This document shows, piece by piece, positions 27,101 to 40,100 of a stretch of DNA of 51,914 nucleotides (position 1 is its first letter; each line of letters opens with the position of its first letter). Below the pieces are notes generated by a model. The model saw nothing but the letters and a program-made list of their open reading frames with translations, did no database searches and was not told where the DNA came from. Position numbers and translations under genes: made by a program. This DNA comes from Macrostomum lignano (taxonomy: Eukaryota): the NCBI GenBank assembly GCA_002269645.1, contig NIVC01003508.1:1-51914 (forward strand). The letters run 5' to 3'.

Positions 27101-30100
27101 GAGCTCGCCGCTGTTCCCAGCCAGCAGGCAAACCTGTTTTCTTCATCCAAGTGGCAGATCTCCCAGTTTCCAGTTGCTCCCATCATCGCCCACTCCCATC
27201 CGTGTACCTTTCCCGTTGATAATGTATTAAAAGTTTTTAAGTGGTCTGTAAACAATAAAACGAATGCGAGAAACCAGCTGCTGTTGAATATTAAGATTTA
27301 CAAGTGAAAATCATAAGCTGATGAGGAGGGAGGCTGGCTTTAATCACAGGCAGCAGTCAATCAGAAGTTTCCATATGCACAGATTCCCGCCCCATCATCT
27401 CAGGTGAGATCCTGTTCGGCCTGACCTGCGCCATGCTGTGGCTCGGCGCCTTCCCAACCGAATGGTTCGATGACGACAATCGCAAACAGCTGATCCGCCT
27501 CACCTGGCCGCTGCCCATTGCTCTGGGTGAGTCAGCTTTGAGTTCTGTTTGGCACTTGCGGCTCTCCATCATCCAGTAGGCTGGCATGTACTTTTGAACT
27601 GCATACAAAAAATTGATCTATTCGATTCCGAACTGCCGGATCGTTTGATCTTTTCAAGTCCGAATTGCACTTTCGGTCCCATTTAGGCCGCGACTTCCCA
27701 GCTGATTTCCCACGCAGAGATTGCGGGCCGCATCCTGTAACTGGCTTTGCCCGGATAATTTATTGCTCTGTATTTATTTATGGCCGCAACTTTCGCCCGC
27801 ACGCGCTGGTCTTGGCCTGCGCGCACTTTTACCGCCGACAGCTGCAAGGCTGCGGCCTGGCGATCCTTTGGGGTTCCTCAGCGGCCCGGAGCGATTTTCT
27901 TGCTATTTTCTTAAGCTGCGGAGCTTATCCTGCCCGCAATGGGAGGCTGGGGAAGGCAAATCTCATTGGGGAAAATAGGTAACCTATTGATGCTCGTCTG
28001 CTTGGGCGAACTTGGAAACCAATCAAATTCTGTTGCTGTTTGCTGGAATCCAGTTATATATGTCAGATAGGAATCCGAGTGGTGTCAGATGGGAATCCGA
28101 GTGGTGTCAGATGGGAATCCGAGTGGTGTCAGATGGGAATCCGAGTGGTGTCAGATGGGAATCCGAGTGGTGTCAGATGGGAATCCGATGGGTGTCAGAT
28201 GGGAATCCGAGTGGTGTCAGATGGGAATCCGAGTGGTGTCAGATGGGAATCCGAGTGGTGTCAGATGGGAATCCGAGTGGTGTCAGATGGGAATCCGATG
28301 GGTGTCAGATAGGAATCCGAGTGGTGTCAGATGGGAATCCGATGGGTGTCAGATGGGAATCCGATGGGTGTCAGATGGGAATCCGATGGGTGTCAGATAG
28401 GAATCCGAGTGGTGTCAGATGGGAATCCGATGGGTGTCAGATGGGAATCCGATGGGTGTCAGATGGGAATCCGATGGGTGTCAGATGGGAATCCGATGGG
28501 TGTCAGATGGGAATCCGATGGGTGTCAGATGGGACTCCGATGGGTGTCAGATAGGAATCCGAGTGGTGTCAGATGGGAATCCGATGGGTGTCAGATGGGA
28601 ATCCGAGTGGTGTCAGATGGGAATCCGAGTGGTGTCAGATGGGAATCCGATGGGCGTCAGATGGGAGTCAGAGTGGTGTCAGATGTGAATCCGAGTGGTG
28701 TCAGATGGGAATCCGATTGTTGTCAGATGGGAATCCGAGTGGTGTCAGATGGGAATCCGATGGGCATCAGATGGGAGTCAGAGTGGTGTCAGATGGGAAT
28801 CCGAGTGGTGTCAGATGGGAATCCGAGTGGTGTCAGATGGGAATCCGATTGGTGTCAGATGGGAATCCGATGGGTGTCAGATGGGAATCCGATGGCTGTC
28901 AGATGGGAATCCGATGGGTGTCATGGGAATCCGAGTGGTGTCAGATGGGAATCCGAGTGGTGTCAGATGGGAATCCGATGGGTGTCAGATGGGAATCCGA
29001 GTGGTGTCAGATGGGAATCCGATGGGCGTCAGATGGGAGTCAGAGTGGTGTCAGATGTGAATCCGAGTGGTGTCAGATGGGAATCCGAGTGGTGTCAGAT
29101 GGGAATCCGAGTGGTGTCAGATGGGAATCCGAGTGGTGTCAGATGGTAATCAAATTTGTGTCAGATGGGAATCCGATGGCTGTCAGATGGGAATCCGATG
29201 GTGTCAGATGGGAATCCGAGTGGTGTCAGATGGGAATCCGATGGCTGTCAGATGGGAATCCGATGGTGTCAGATGGGAATCCGAGTGGTGTCAGATGGGA
29301 ATCCGATGGCTGTCAGATGGGAATCCGATGGGTGTCAGATGGGAATCCGATGGGTGTCAGATGGGAATCCGATGGCTGTCAGATGGGAATCCGATGGGTG
29401 TCAGATGGGAATCCGAGTGGTGTCAGATGGGAATCCGATGGCTGTCAGATGGGAATCCGATGGGTGTCAGATGGGAATCCGAGTGGTGTCAGATGGGAAT
29501 CCGAGTGGTGTCAGATGGGAATCCGATTGGTGTCAGATGGGAATCCGATGGGTGTCAGATGGGAATCCGATGGCTGTCAGATGGGAATCCGATGGGTGTC
29601 AGATGGGAATCCGAGTGGTGTCAGATGGGAATCCGATGGCTGTCAGATGGGAATCCGATGGGTGTCAGATGGGAATCCGAGTGGTGTCAGATGGGAATCC
29701 GATGGCTGTCAGATGGGAATCCGATGGTGTCAGATGGGAATCCGAGTGGTGTCAGATGGGAATCCGATGGCTGTCAGATGGGAATCCGATGGTGTCAGAT
29801 GGGAATCCGAGTGGTGTCAGATGGGAATCCGATGGCTGTCAGATGGGAATCCGATGGGTGTCAGATGGGAATCCGAGTGGTGTCAGATGGGAATCCGATG
29901 GCTGTCAGATGGGAATCCGATGGGTGTCAGATGGGAATCCGAGTGGTGTCAGATGGGAATCCGATGGCTGTCAGATGGGAATCCGAGTGGTGTCAGATAG
30001 GAATCCGAGTGGTGTCAGATGGGAATCCGATGGCTGTCAGATGGGAATCCGATGGGTGTCAGATGGGAATCCGATTGGTGTCAGATGGGAATCCAATTGG

Positions 30101-33100
30101 TGTCAGATGGGAATCCGATTGGTGTCAGATGGGAATCCGATTGGTGTCAGATGGGAATGCGGGGATCTGTTTAATATAGCTTGTATTTTTACTTTCGTGA
30201 TTAATCGGAAATTTTGCGTGATGTGCAGCTCAAATATCGGCAACTGTCCATGATTTAACCTCTCGTGATTGACAATTTACTTTTAGAATCGGATGAGTTG
30301 GCATTGACGGTCGAGGAGGTTCGCTTCGTGATTGAATTATTGTCACCTTTGGCAATGGCTATTGGTATGCGGTAAACAGTTTGCTTTTGTGTAAATTTAT
30401 TGTTTTTTCGCCTAAAGCAGAGCCCATCACCTTGCTACATGTGCACTCACAATGTGTCTGGCTCAGTAATTCCCCACACCTGTCGCTCGGGCTTGTTTGA
30501 CTGTTTTCATTTGCGCCTTGTACCTGGCAATCTGCTCGCTTCTTCTAACTTCCGGAGACTGACGCTCTTGTAGTGCTTTTATTTTTATAACCTGCACTTA
30601 ATGGCCTTCTTGTGTTAATTTCCTGACCACAGGGTTATTCATTTGTTGCACTGCTTTGATGGCTTTCTACTTTCTTGACGAGATAAAAGCAATTCAGGAT
30701 GTAGAAATCTCCCCCCCCCCCCTAGCAACAGAAAGTGCGCTGACCAAGTCTGATATAATATCATCCAGTTTCACCTATTTGTTCTTTGCCACAAGTTCTA
30801 TGTGTACTTTCCGCCCCATCATCTTCTACTCCCGCCCTTTACCATACCTACTATCCGCCCCTACCATACCTACTATCCGCCCCTACCATACCTACTATCC
30901 GCCCCTACCATACCTACTATTCGCCCCCTACCATACCTATAGATACTATCCGCCTTTGCTATACCAACTATCCGCCCCTAAGATACCTACTATCTTCACC
31001 TACCATACCTATTATCCGCCCCCTGCAATATCTTCTATCCGCCCCCTGCCATACCCTCTATCCGCCCCCGCCATACCCTCTATCCGCCCTCTACCATACC
31101 CACTATCCACCCACTACCCAGGCGTGTACCTAGTTGGCAACATCGGTGTTCATCAAATGTCCTTCACGAAGCTGGCCATCTGCTCGTACTGCTCATTCGT
31201 TGTCTACTCAACTGACTTCAACAACATCCTTTACGGCTCACTGCTCACTGTCTCCCTGGCCAACTGGTTCTGCCGCGACTGGCGCAGCCGGCCAGCCAAG
31301 CCGAAGTCGCGCTGCGGCCGCGCCTGCGCGGTGAGCCTCGGCGCCTGTCTGTTCTACTCGCTGCTGGCCTTCAGCCTGCTCAACAACGCCCGCGTCACCT
31401 ACGAAGGCGAGTCCGTGCCGCTGCGCGAGGCCGTCAGGAATTTCTTTAAATCGCCGCTCTGGCGGGAGATGCGCGACACGGTGGGCAAGCTGTACGAGTA
31501 TTACAAGATTCACGGCTTCAAGGAGATTCTCAAGCAGCTGTGGGACGCCCTGGATCCGCAGGGATTAAAAGATGCCGCCAGTGTAAGAGCATATACTGGC
31601 TCTAGAAACTTAGCCACTGTAGAGTCGCCCCGAATCCCATCGATAATCTCCCCGTGACAATCGCCCTGAAATCCCCATCGATAATCTCCCCATGACAGAA
31701 TCGCACTGAATTCCCCATCGATTATCTCCCCGTGACAATCGCCCTGAAATCCCCTTTGATAAACTATCCATGACAGAATCGTTCTGAAATCCCATCGATT
31801 ATCTCCCCGTGACAATCGCCCTGAAATCCCCTTTGATAAACTATCCGTGACAGAATCGTTCTGAAATCCCATCGATTATCTCCCCGTGACAATCGCCCTG
31901 AAATCCCCTTTGATAAACTATCCATGACAGAATCGTTCTGAAATCCCATCGATTATCTCCCCGTGACAATCGCCCTGAAATCCCCTTTGATAAACTATCC
32001 GTGACAGAATCGTTCTGAAATCCCATCGATAATCTCCCCGTGACAATCGCCCTGAAATCCCCTTTGATAAACTATCCGTGACAGAATCGTTCTGAAATCC
32101 CATCGATTATCTCCCCGTGACAATCGCCCTGAAATCCCTTTGATAAACTATCCGTGACAGAATCGTTCTGAAATCCCATCGATTATCTCCCCGTGACAAT
32201 CGCCCTGAAATCCCCTTTGATAAACTATCCGTGACAGAATCGTTCTGAAATCCATCGATTATCTCCCCGTGACAATCGCCCTGAAATCCCCTTTGATAAA
32301 CTATCCGTGACAGAATCGTTCTGAAATCCCATCGATAATCTCCCCGTGACAATCGCCCTGAAATCCCCTTTGATAAACTATCCGTGACAGAATCGTTCTG
32401 AAATCCCATCGATTATCTCCCCGTGACAATCGCCCTGAAATCCCCTTTGATAAACTATCCGTGACAGAATCGTTCTGAAATCCCATCGATAATCTCCCCG
32501 TGACAATCGCCCTGAAATCCCCTTTGATAAACTATCCGTGACAGAATCGTTCTGAAATCCCATCGATTATCTCCCCGTGACAATCGCCCTGAAATCCCCT
32601 TTGATAAACTATCCGTGACAGAATCGTTCTGAAATCCCATCGATTATCTCCCCGTGACAATCGCCCTGAAATCCCCTTTGATAAACTATCCGTGACAGAA
32701 TCGTTCTGAAATCCCATCGATAATCTCCCCGTGACAATCGCCCTGAAATCCCCTTTGATAAACTATCCGTGACAGAATCGTTCTGAAATCCATCGATTAT
32801 CTCCCCGTGACAATCGCCCTGAAATCCCCTTTGATAAACTATCCGTGACAGAATCGTTCTGAAATCCCATCGATTATCTCCCCGTGACAATCGCCCTGAA
32901 ATCCCCTTTGATAAACTATCCGTGACAGAATCGTTCTGAAATCCCATCGATTATCTCCCCGTGACAATCGCCCTGAAATCCCCTTTGATAAACTATCCGT
33001 GACAGAATCGTTCTGAAATCCCATCGATTATCTCCCCGTGACAATCGCCCTGGATTCACATGATAATCGCCCTGAAATCCCATCGATAATCTCCTCATGA

Positions 33101-33512
33101 CAGAATCGCCCTGAAATCCCCGTCGATAATCTCCCCATGACAGAATCGCCCTGAAATCCCCATTGATAATCTCCACGTGAGAAAACCGCCCTGAATCCCA
33201 CCTGACTTTCAATCGCTCCATGAACCGCATAGAAAATTGAAATAAAATTCATGCTCCATACTTCTACTTGCAGTAGTTTGTTGGCATCAGCATATCTTAT
33301 GAACAATAAAATTCCCGCAGATAATTGGCATCAAAGAGGGCGCCGGCCCGGACGAGATTCGGTCCCGCTGCCGCAAGCTGAAGGTGGAGCTGCACCCGGA
33401 CCGGCAACAGGACCCGGACAAAAAAGCGGAATTCCAGGCCAAGTTCCAGGATGTCAGCGCCGCCTGCGACATCCTGCTGGGTCGGAAGCGGGCCAGCCGG
33501 AAGGAGACGTGA
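24111..33512 (+). CDS. DNAJC22: DNAJC22/wurst (N-terminal TM2 domain, multiple TM segments, C-terminal J domain); join(24111..24507,27404..27526,31122..31582,33321..33512), 390 aa
   Basis: Exon 1 has the TM2 motif AYILLFTLGLLGAHQFYLGRSLHGFVMLCSLGGFFAGWLHDLF. Exons 2-3 give LPIALG|VYLVGNIG and PLREAVRNFFKSPLW...LWDALDPQG, typical of wurst. Exon 4 is a J domain with an intact HPD (KLKVELHPDRQQD...KFQDVSAACDIL). All three introns are GT-AG with matching phases (1,1,0), and the joined length of 1173 nt is divisible by 3. Confidence 0.9.
24560..25345. repeat. C-rich 23-bp minisatellite CCATCCGCCCCTGCCATCCCCTA (DNAJC22 intron 1)
   Basis: CGCCCCTG recurs at 24961 and 24984. The unit is a dimer of ~11-12-bp subunits. 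Confidence 0.95.
25833..27082. repeat. 33-bp minisatellite TGAAACCAGTCTCACCCCTGGGATTCACTACAT, ~38 copies (DNAJC22 intron 1)
   Basis: Direct periodicity; the overlying ORFs repeat every 11 aa. Confidence 0.97.
28061..30158. repeat. 22-bp minisatellite GATGGGAATCCGA(GTG/TGG)GTGTCA, ~95 copies (DNAJC22 intron 2)
   Basis: GGTGTC recurs at 28081 and 28103. Confidence 0.97.
30843..31110. repeat. Degenerate ~22-bp C-rich repeat CCATACCTACTATCCGCCCCTA running up to the exon 3 acceptor
   Basis: Direct periodicity; resembles the 23-bp array in intron 1. Confidence 0.85.
31625..33190. repeat. 77-bp minisatellite (dimer of two ~38-39-bp subunits), DNAJC22 intron 3
   Basis: Identical 61-aa minus-strand ORFs recur every 77 nt. 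Both array edges consist of the monomeric ~39-bp unit. Confidence 0.97.
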
Positions 33513-33674
33513 TGCGCCTGTCTGGCTTTGTGACTGTGTCAGCCAGGGCAGTCAAATTGTATGGAAATTGAAACTGCTGCGGCTCCTGACCACCTGTCTG
33601 GGCCATAATCCACCGTGTAGAAGTAAGATTTCGGATTAGAGATTTTAGGATTAGGGGCCAGATTTCGGGTTTGA

Positions 33675-34280
33675 GATGTCAGATCTAGGAGAGACTAGAG
33701 GTGTCAGATCTAGGGGTGAGATTAGAGGTGTCAGATCTAGGGGTGAGATTAGGTGTCAGATCTAGGGGTGAGATTGGAGGTGTCAGATCTAGGGGTGAGG
33801 TTAGATGTATCAGATCTAGGGGTGACATTAGAGGTGTCAGATCTAGGGGTGAGATTAGAGGTGTCAGATCTAGGGGTGAGATTAGGTGTCAGATCTAGGG
33901 GTGAGATTAGAGGTGTCAGATCTAGGGGTGAGATTGGAGGTGTCAGATCTAGGGGTGAGGTTAGATGTATCAGATCTAGGGGTGACATTAGAGGTGTCAG
34001 ATCTAGGGGTGAGATTAGATGTGTCAGATCTAGGGGTGAGATTAGAGGTGTCAGATCTAGGGGTGAGATTGGAGGTGTCAGATCTAGGGGTGAGATTAGA
34101 GGTGTCAGATCTAGGGGTGAGGTTAGAGGTGTCAGATCTAGGGGTGACATTAGAGGTGTCAGATCTAGGGGTGAGATTGGAGGTGTCAGATCTAGGGGTG
34201 AGATTAGAGGTGTCAGATCTAGGGGTGAGATTAGGTGTCAGATCTAGGGGTGAGATTAGAGGTGTCAGATCTAGGGGTGA
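33675..34280. repeat. 27-bp minisatellite GGGTGAGATTAGAGGTGTCAGATCTAG downstream of DNAJC22
   Basis: GATCTAG recurs at 34081 and 34108. Confidence 0.96.
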
Positions 34281-34869
34281 TAGGGGTAGATTTAAAATCT
34301 AACGTGAGATTTCTTATTAGAGTTGTTTGAACCTAGCGATCAGAGTTCGGGTTAAAGATCTTATTAATTTATCTACTAGTAAGATTTCGCGGTGAGATTT
34401 GGTCCACCAGGCGATTGGCAGCCAAAAACTTTTATATCATCTAATTATTTATTATTAAAATTAGATGACTCGCTGATTTCGGTGCAGGTGACAGCAGAGT
34501 GGCTGGCTGTCTGTTTGCAGTGCTGCTTGCCGTGCTTTGGCCCACCCTCCGCCCCCTCATCCTACGTTTCACTCCTAAGTCACAAGCTTTTTGAGGAACA
34601 GCTTTCTTGTTGCTATGCAGTCTGTAACACGTTGGCTCACCTTGCCAGTTGCATACTTCGGACAGTTTTTATTTTACTTTTTTCCATCAACTTTTCGCCT
34701 TAGTCTTAATCTAGTTTTATTCATAATTGTGAGCAGCTCTGAGACAGGCGGATGGCAACATTTTACTTAATTATTGGCTGGGTGACAAGAAACTGGGGCT
34801 TCAGGTTGTCTGAGAATTGTTCTCTTGAGCTGCTGCCGTCATTCCCAGCTCTGGACTACTTTTGGCCTT

Positions 34870-36050
34870 CCGCCCTCCGATTCCTGAAGAATCGCCCTCC
34901 GATTCCAGAAGAATCGCCCTCCAATCCCTCAAGAATCGCCCTCCGATTCCTGAAGAATCTCCCTCCGATTCCAGAAGAATCGCCCTCCAATCCCTCAAGA
35001 ATCGCCCTCCGATTCCTGAAGAATCTCCCTCCAATTCCTGAAGAATCGCCCTCCGATTCCTGAAGAATCTCCCTCCAATTCCTGAAGAATCGCCCTCCGA
35101 TTCCTGAAGAATCTCCCTCCAATTCCTGAAGAATCGCCCTCCAATTCCTGAAGAATCGCCCTCCAATTCCTGAAGAATCGCTCTCCAATTCCTGAAGAAT
35201 CTCCCTCCAATTCCTGAAAAATCGCCCTCCAATTCCTGAAGAATCGCCCTCCCATTCCTGTAGAATCTCCCTTCAATTCCTGAAAAATCGCCCTCCGATT
35301 CCTGAAGAATCGCCATCCGATTCCTGAAAAATCGCCCTCTAATTCCTGAAGAATCGCCCTCCGATTCCTGAAGAATCGCTCTCCAATTCCTGAAGAATCG
35401 CCCTCCGATTCCTGAAAAATCGCCCTCCAATTCCTGAAGAATCGCTCTCCAATTCCTGAAGAATCTCCCTCCAATTCCTGAAGAATCGCCCTCCGATTCC
35501 TGAAGAATCGCCCTCCGATTCCTGAAAAATCGCCCTCCAATTCCTGAAAAATCGCCATCCGATTCCTGAAGAATCGCCCTCCAATTCCTGAAGAATCGCC
35601 CTCCGATTCCTGAAAAATCGCCCTCTAATTCCTGAAGAATCGCCCTCCGATTCCTGAAGAATCGCCCTCCCATTCCTGTAGAATCTCCCTTCAATTCCTG
35701 AAGAATCGCTCTCCAATTCCTGAAGAATCGCCCTCCGATTCCTGAAAAATCGCCCTCCAATTCCTGAAGAATCGCCCTCCGATTCCTGAAAAATCGCCCT
35801 CCAATTCCTGAAGAATCGCTCTCCAATTCCTGAAGAATCTCCCTCCAATTCCTGAAAAATCGCCCTCCAATTCCTGAAGAATCGCCCTCCCATTCCTGTA
35901 GAATCTCCCTTCAATTCCTGAAGAATCGCCCTCCGATTCCTGAAGAATCGCCATCCGATTCCTGAAAAATCGCCCTCTAATTCCTGAAGAATCGCCCTCC
36001 AATTCCTGAAGAATCGCCCTCCAATTCCTGAAGAATCGCCCTCCAATTCC
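34870..36050. repeat. 22-bp minisatellite TTCCTGAAGAATCGCCCTCC(G/A)A, ~54 copies
   Basis: Direct periodicity. Confidence 0.97.
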
Positions 36051-36609
36051 CAAATGATGGCGCTCCTCACCTGTCGCATTAGCCAGTAGCAGCTCATTGT
36101 GATTGGCCCTCTGGTACAGCTGCTGCACTCACAGGTTGCTATATAAGGCACATGTAGTTATTTATTTATCCAGTCACATAGCGCTTGTTAACGAGAAACT
36201 GACTTGCATTTTTGGTTGTTTTATTTGCCCAAAAATGAATATATGCCTATTTGTGTCTTAGAAAATTTATTATCTAGCCATATAATTAAAACTGTGCCTT
36301 GTGTTCTGTTTGCAGTTTTTGTGCGTCAGTTAGCGTGCTGCATCTTTTTATTGTTTTCTTTGTTTAATTTTCACTCATTTTCCAGCATTCCTTTGAAGTC
36401 AGTAGTTAATATTTTTGCCAAATTACGCTCGTAATAAAATATACGTACTGTAGTTTGCCAGTCTTAGTCGGCTTCGTTTTGCGATATTGGTGCGTTATGT
36501 ACTTTTATTATTACTGGATAGAGCCTTTTTTATTAGATTGGCTATCTAGGTGTCAATGGCATGTGTCCTTAGACATTGTAAGAATGATTTCGTTTTTAGA
36601 CATCTCGCT

Positions 36610-36855
36610 AGAATCTGAGTCTCTAGACATCTGGCTAGGATCTGAGTCTCTAGACATCTGGCTAGGATCTGAGTCTCTAGACATCTGGCTAGGATCTGAG
36701 TCTCTAGACATCTGGCTAGGATCTGAGTCTCTAGACATCTGGCTAGGATCCGAGTCTCTAGACATCTGGCTAGGATCTGAGTCTCTAGACATCTGGCTAG
36801 AATCAGTCCCTAGACATCTGGCTAGTAGGATCAGAGTCTCTAGACATCTGGCTAG
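36610..36855. repeat. 27-bp minisatellite GATCTGAGTCTCTAGACATCTGGCTAG
   Basis: The overlying ORF repeats SESLDIWLG (9 aa). Decayed copies occur near 37030-37090. Confidence 0.93.
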
Positions 36856-37164
36856 GATCATGCTTGGGCGCAACCTAGGGATTCACCCGGCCGTTTCTAT
36901 TGGCAACACACACATGGAAGTCGCTATTGGACGGAATAGTAGTCACGTGACTGCTCTCAGCCAATAGCGACTTACATGTGCGTGTTGCCATTAGAAACGG
37001 CCGGGTGATTCCCAAGGTTGCGCATGTAGGATCAGTCCCTAGACATCTCCCTAGGATTGGTCTCTAGACATTTGATTAGGATTGGTCTCTAGTCACATTG
37101 TAGTTCTGGTATCGCTCGCAAATACCAATGCGAGAGCATGTACTGCATGCCCACAGCCACCCAG

Positions 37165-40100
37165 ATGCGCAGCTCCCTCATCGGCCTACTTCGCGGCCTG
37201 CGGCCACCAGCCGCGCAGACTCGAACCCCGGCCCGCACAATATTCATGATGGGGCCGTACGACCCGCGCACTCCGGAGGACGAGGAACCCGGCGTGAAAG
37301 TCCGCGTCAAGCAGGAGGTGCCGGAGGAGGCCAAGCTCAGCTTCCGGCAGCGCATGGCCGAGTGGCGCGCCCGCCACCACCCGGAGCCGCCCGCCTGCAA
37401 CATCGGCCTGCCGCGGTCGCTGCTCACCGCCTCCCGGCCGGAGCCGCCCGATGAGGTGCGAGCGAAATTATTGTGGCTTCTGTTCTACCAGTGATGGACT
37501 GGAGTTCTCCCTAATAGTGTAGGGCGCCGCAAAAGAATAATAAGGTGCTCAAAGCACTTTAATGAAGGCATCAGAAGCACATTAAACAGGCCGCCAGAAG
37601 CACATTAAACAGGCCGCCAGAAGCACATTAAACAGGCCGCCTGAAGCACATTAAACAGGCCGCCAGAAGCACATTAAACAGGCCGCCAGAAGCACATTAA
37701 ACAGGCCGCCAGAAGCACAACTAAACATGTGATGCTTGGAAGCACACGCGCTAGAAAGGCATTGGAACCGCACTAAGTGCGCGAGTTTAAAGCATTTTAT
37801 ACAGCACGTGCACTACAAATATGGGGTTCAATGCCACTGACCGATATGTGTTGAAAATAACTATATTTTCTATTCCGCCACAGAAGCGCCAGCAGGAGCT
37901 GGAGCGCCTGGCCCGCAATCAGCAGCTGCGCGTCGACCTCGACGCGGTGGAGCTCGCCTGGGAGTCGGAGCGGCGGCCCGAGCACGCCCTGTCTGCCGCC
38001 AGGCACTACTCCATCATGGAGCACCTGTTCGGGACCGGCTGCTTCTTCTACCCGGTGGTGCCGCTGAGGGCTCACTTTGCCGATCCGGATCTGCCCGGCC
38101 GAGTTCGTCCCATTGCCCTTGGCAACGTAATGACGCCGAGACAGGTGAGATTTCCCCATACTGTCTCATTTTTATAGAGCAGTCCAACTGATGACGTAAT
38201 TTGCGCCTTAGCCAGCTTCCTTATAACTGGAGCTGATCGATGCTGAGTAAAATCTGTCTGATGGCTGCTCTGTCGTGTCATTTTCTGGTAGAATGGCAAG
38301 ATCCTGTTGGGATAAGATCTGGTCTTTGTTGGGATCTTGCATTGAGATCTAGTCTTTGTCGGGATCTTGCATTCAGATCTGGTCTTTGTCGCGATCTTAC
38401 AATTCAGATCTGGTCGTTGTCGGGATGTTACAATTCAGATCTGGTCTTTGTCGGGATGTTACAATTCAGATCTGGTCTTTGTCGCGATCTTACAATTCAG
38501 ATCTGGTCTTTGTCGGGATGTTACAATTCAGATCTGGTCTTTGTCGGGATGTTACAATTCAGATCTGGTCTTTGTCGCGATCTTACAATTCAGATCTGGT
38601 CTTTGTCGGGATGTTACAATTCAGATCAGGTCTTTGTCGGGATGTTACAATTCAGATCTGGTCTTTGTCGGGATGTTACAATTCAGATCTGGTCTTTGTT
38701 GGGATCTTGCATTGAGATCTGGTCTTTGTCGGGATGTTACAATTCAGATCTGGTCTTTGTCGGGATGTTACAATTCAGATCTGGTCTTTGTCGGGATGTT
38801 ACAATTCAGATCTGGTCTTTGTCGGGATCTTGCATTCAAATCTGCAAATCTTGAATGCAAGATCGCGTACGATAGTCTTCTTCGCCAGCCTCTGCGCGTG
38901 ATGACGTAATTTGCGCCTTAGCCTCGCGTGACGGACGAGCGCCTAACTCGTTTTAAAAAACGTGCGCGAGTGACTGCTGACAGAATCTGTCTGACCGCAG
39001 TGCCTGGCTTATATATCACCTATTATCTATTTTATAGTACTCTCAGTAGTCAATCAGTTGGGATATTATCACACTGTAGCTAGATAGTGCTGTTTCGCTG
39101 CTCGTGATGACGTAATTTGCGCCTTAGCCTTGCGCGACGGACGAGCGCCTAACTCGTCGTAAAAACGTGCGCAAGTGACTGCTGATTCAGTCTGTCTGAT
39201 GCAGTATCCAGCACTCATTGTTCTATAAGAACTCGGTCACGTGATGATGTAATTTGCGCCTTAGCGATTGCAGCTTCTTGACTATTTGTTTTTAGTTGCT
39301 AGGCTGCAGTTGACTGCTGAGCACATTCAATCTGATGACTGCCTTCGGTTATGGCGCCTCCTTATCCCCTCTTCGACTTAGAGAATCTAACTCAGATCTC
39401 AGACTGGGGTAGCAACCCTCCCAGATCCCCAACTGGGATAGCAACCCTCCCAGATCCCAAACTGGGATAGCAACCCTCCCAGATCCCAAACTGGGATAGC
39501 AACCCTCCCAGATCCCCAACTGGGATAGCAACCCTCCCAGATTCCCTTACTGGGATAGCAACCCTCCCAGATTCCCTTACTGGGATAGCAACCCTCCCAG
39601 ATTCCCTTACTGGGATAGCAACCCTCCCAGATTCCCTTACTGGGATAGCAACCCTCCCAGATTCCCTTACTGGGATAGCAACCCTCCCAGATCCCAAACT
39701 GGGATAGCAACCCTCCCAGATCCCCAACTGGGATAGCAACCCTCCCAGATTCCCTTACTGGGATAGCAACCCTCCCAGATTCCCTTACTGGGATAGCAAC
39801 CCTCCCAGATTCCCTTACTGGGATAGCAACCCTCCCAGATCCCAAACTGGGATAGCAACCCTCCAGATCCCCAACTGGGATAGCAACCCTCCCAGATTCC
39901 CTTACTGGGATAGCAACCCTCCCAGATTCCCTTACTGGGATAGCAACCCTCCCAGATTCCCTTACTGGGATAGCAACCCTCCCAGATCCCAAACTGGGAT
40001 AGCAACCCTCCCAGATCCCCAACTGGGATAGCAACCCTCCCAGATTCCCTTACTGGGATAGCAACCCTCCCAGATTCCCTTACTGGGATAGCAACCCTCC

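Noticed and set aside
25826-27307. Long ORFs of 418-491 aa on both strands (ETSLTPGIHYI repeats)
   Set aside because: A 33-bp unit divisible by 3 without stops keeps frames open automatically, and the array lies inside DNAJC22 intron 1 as defined by phase-consistent splice sites.
28012-30253. Many overlapping ORFs (MGIRWVSDGNP repeats)
   Set aside because: Translations of the 22-bp intronic minisatellite.
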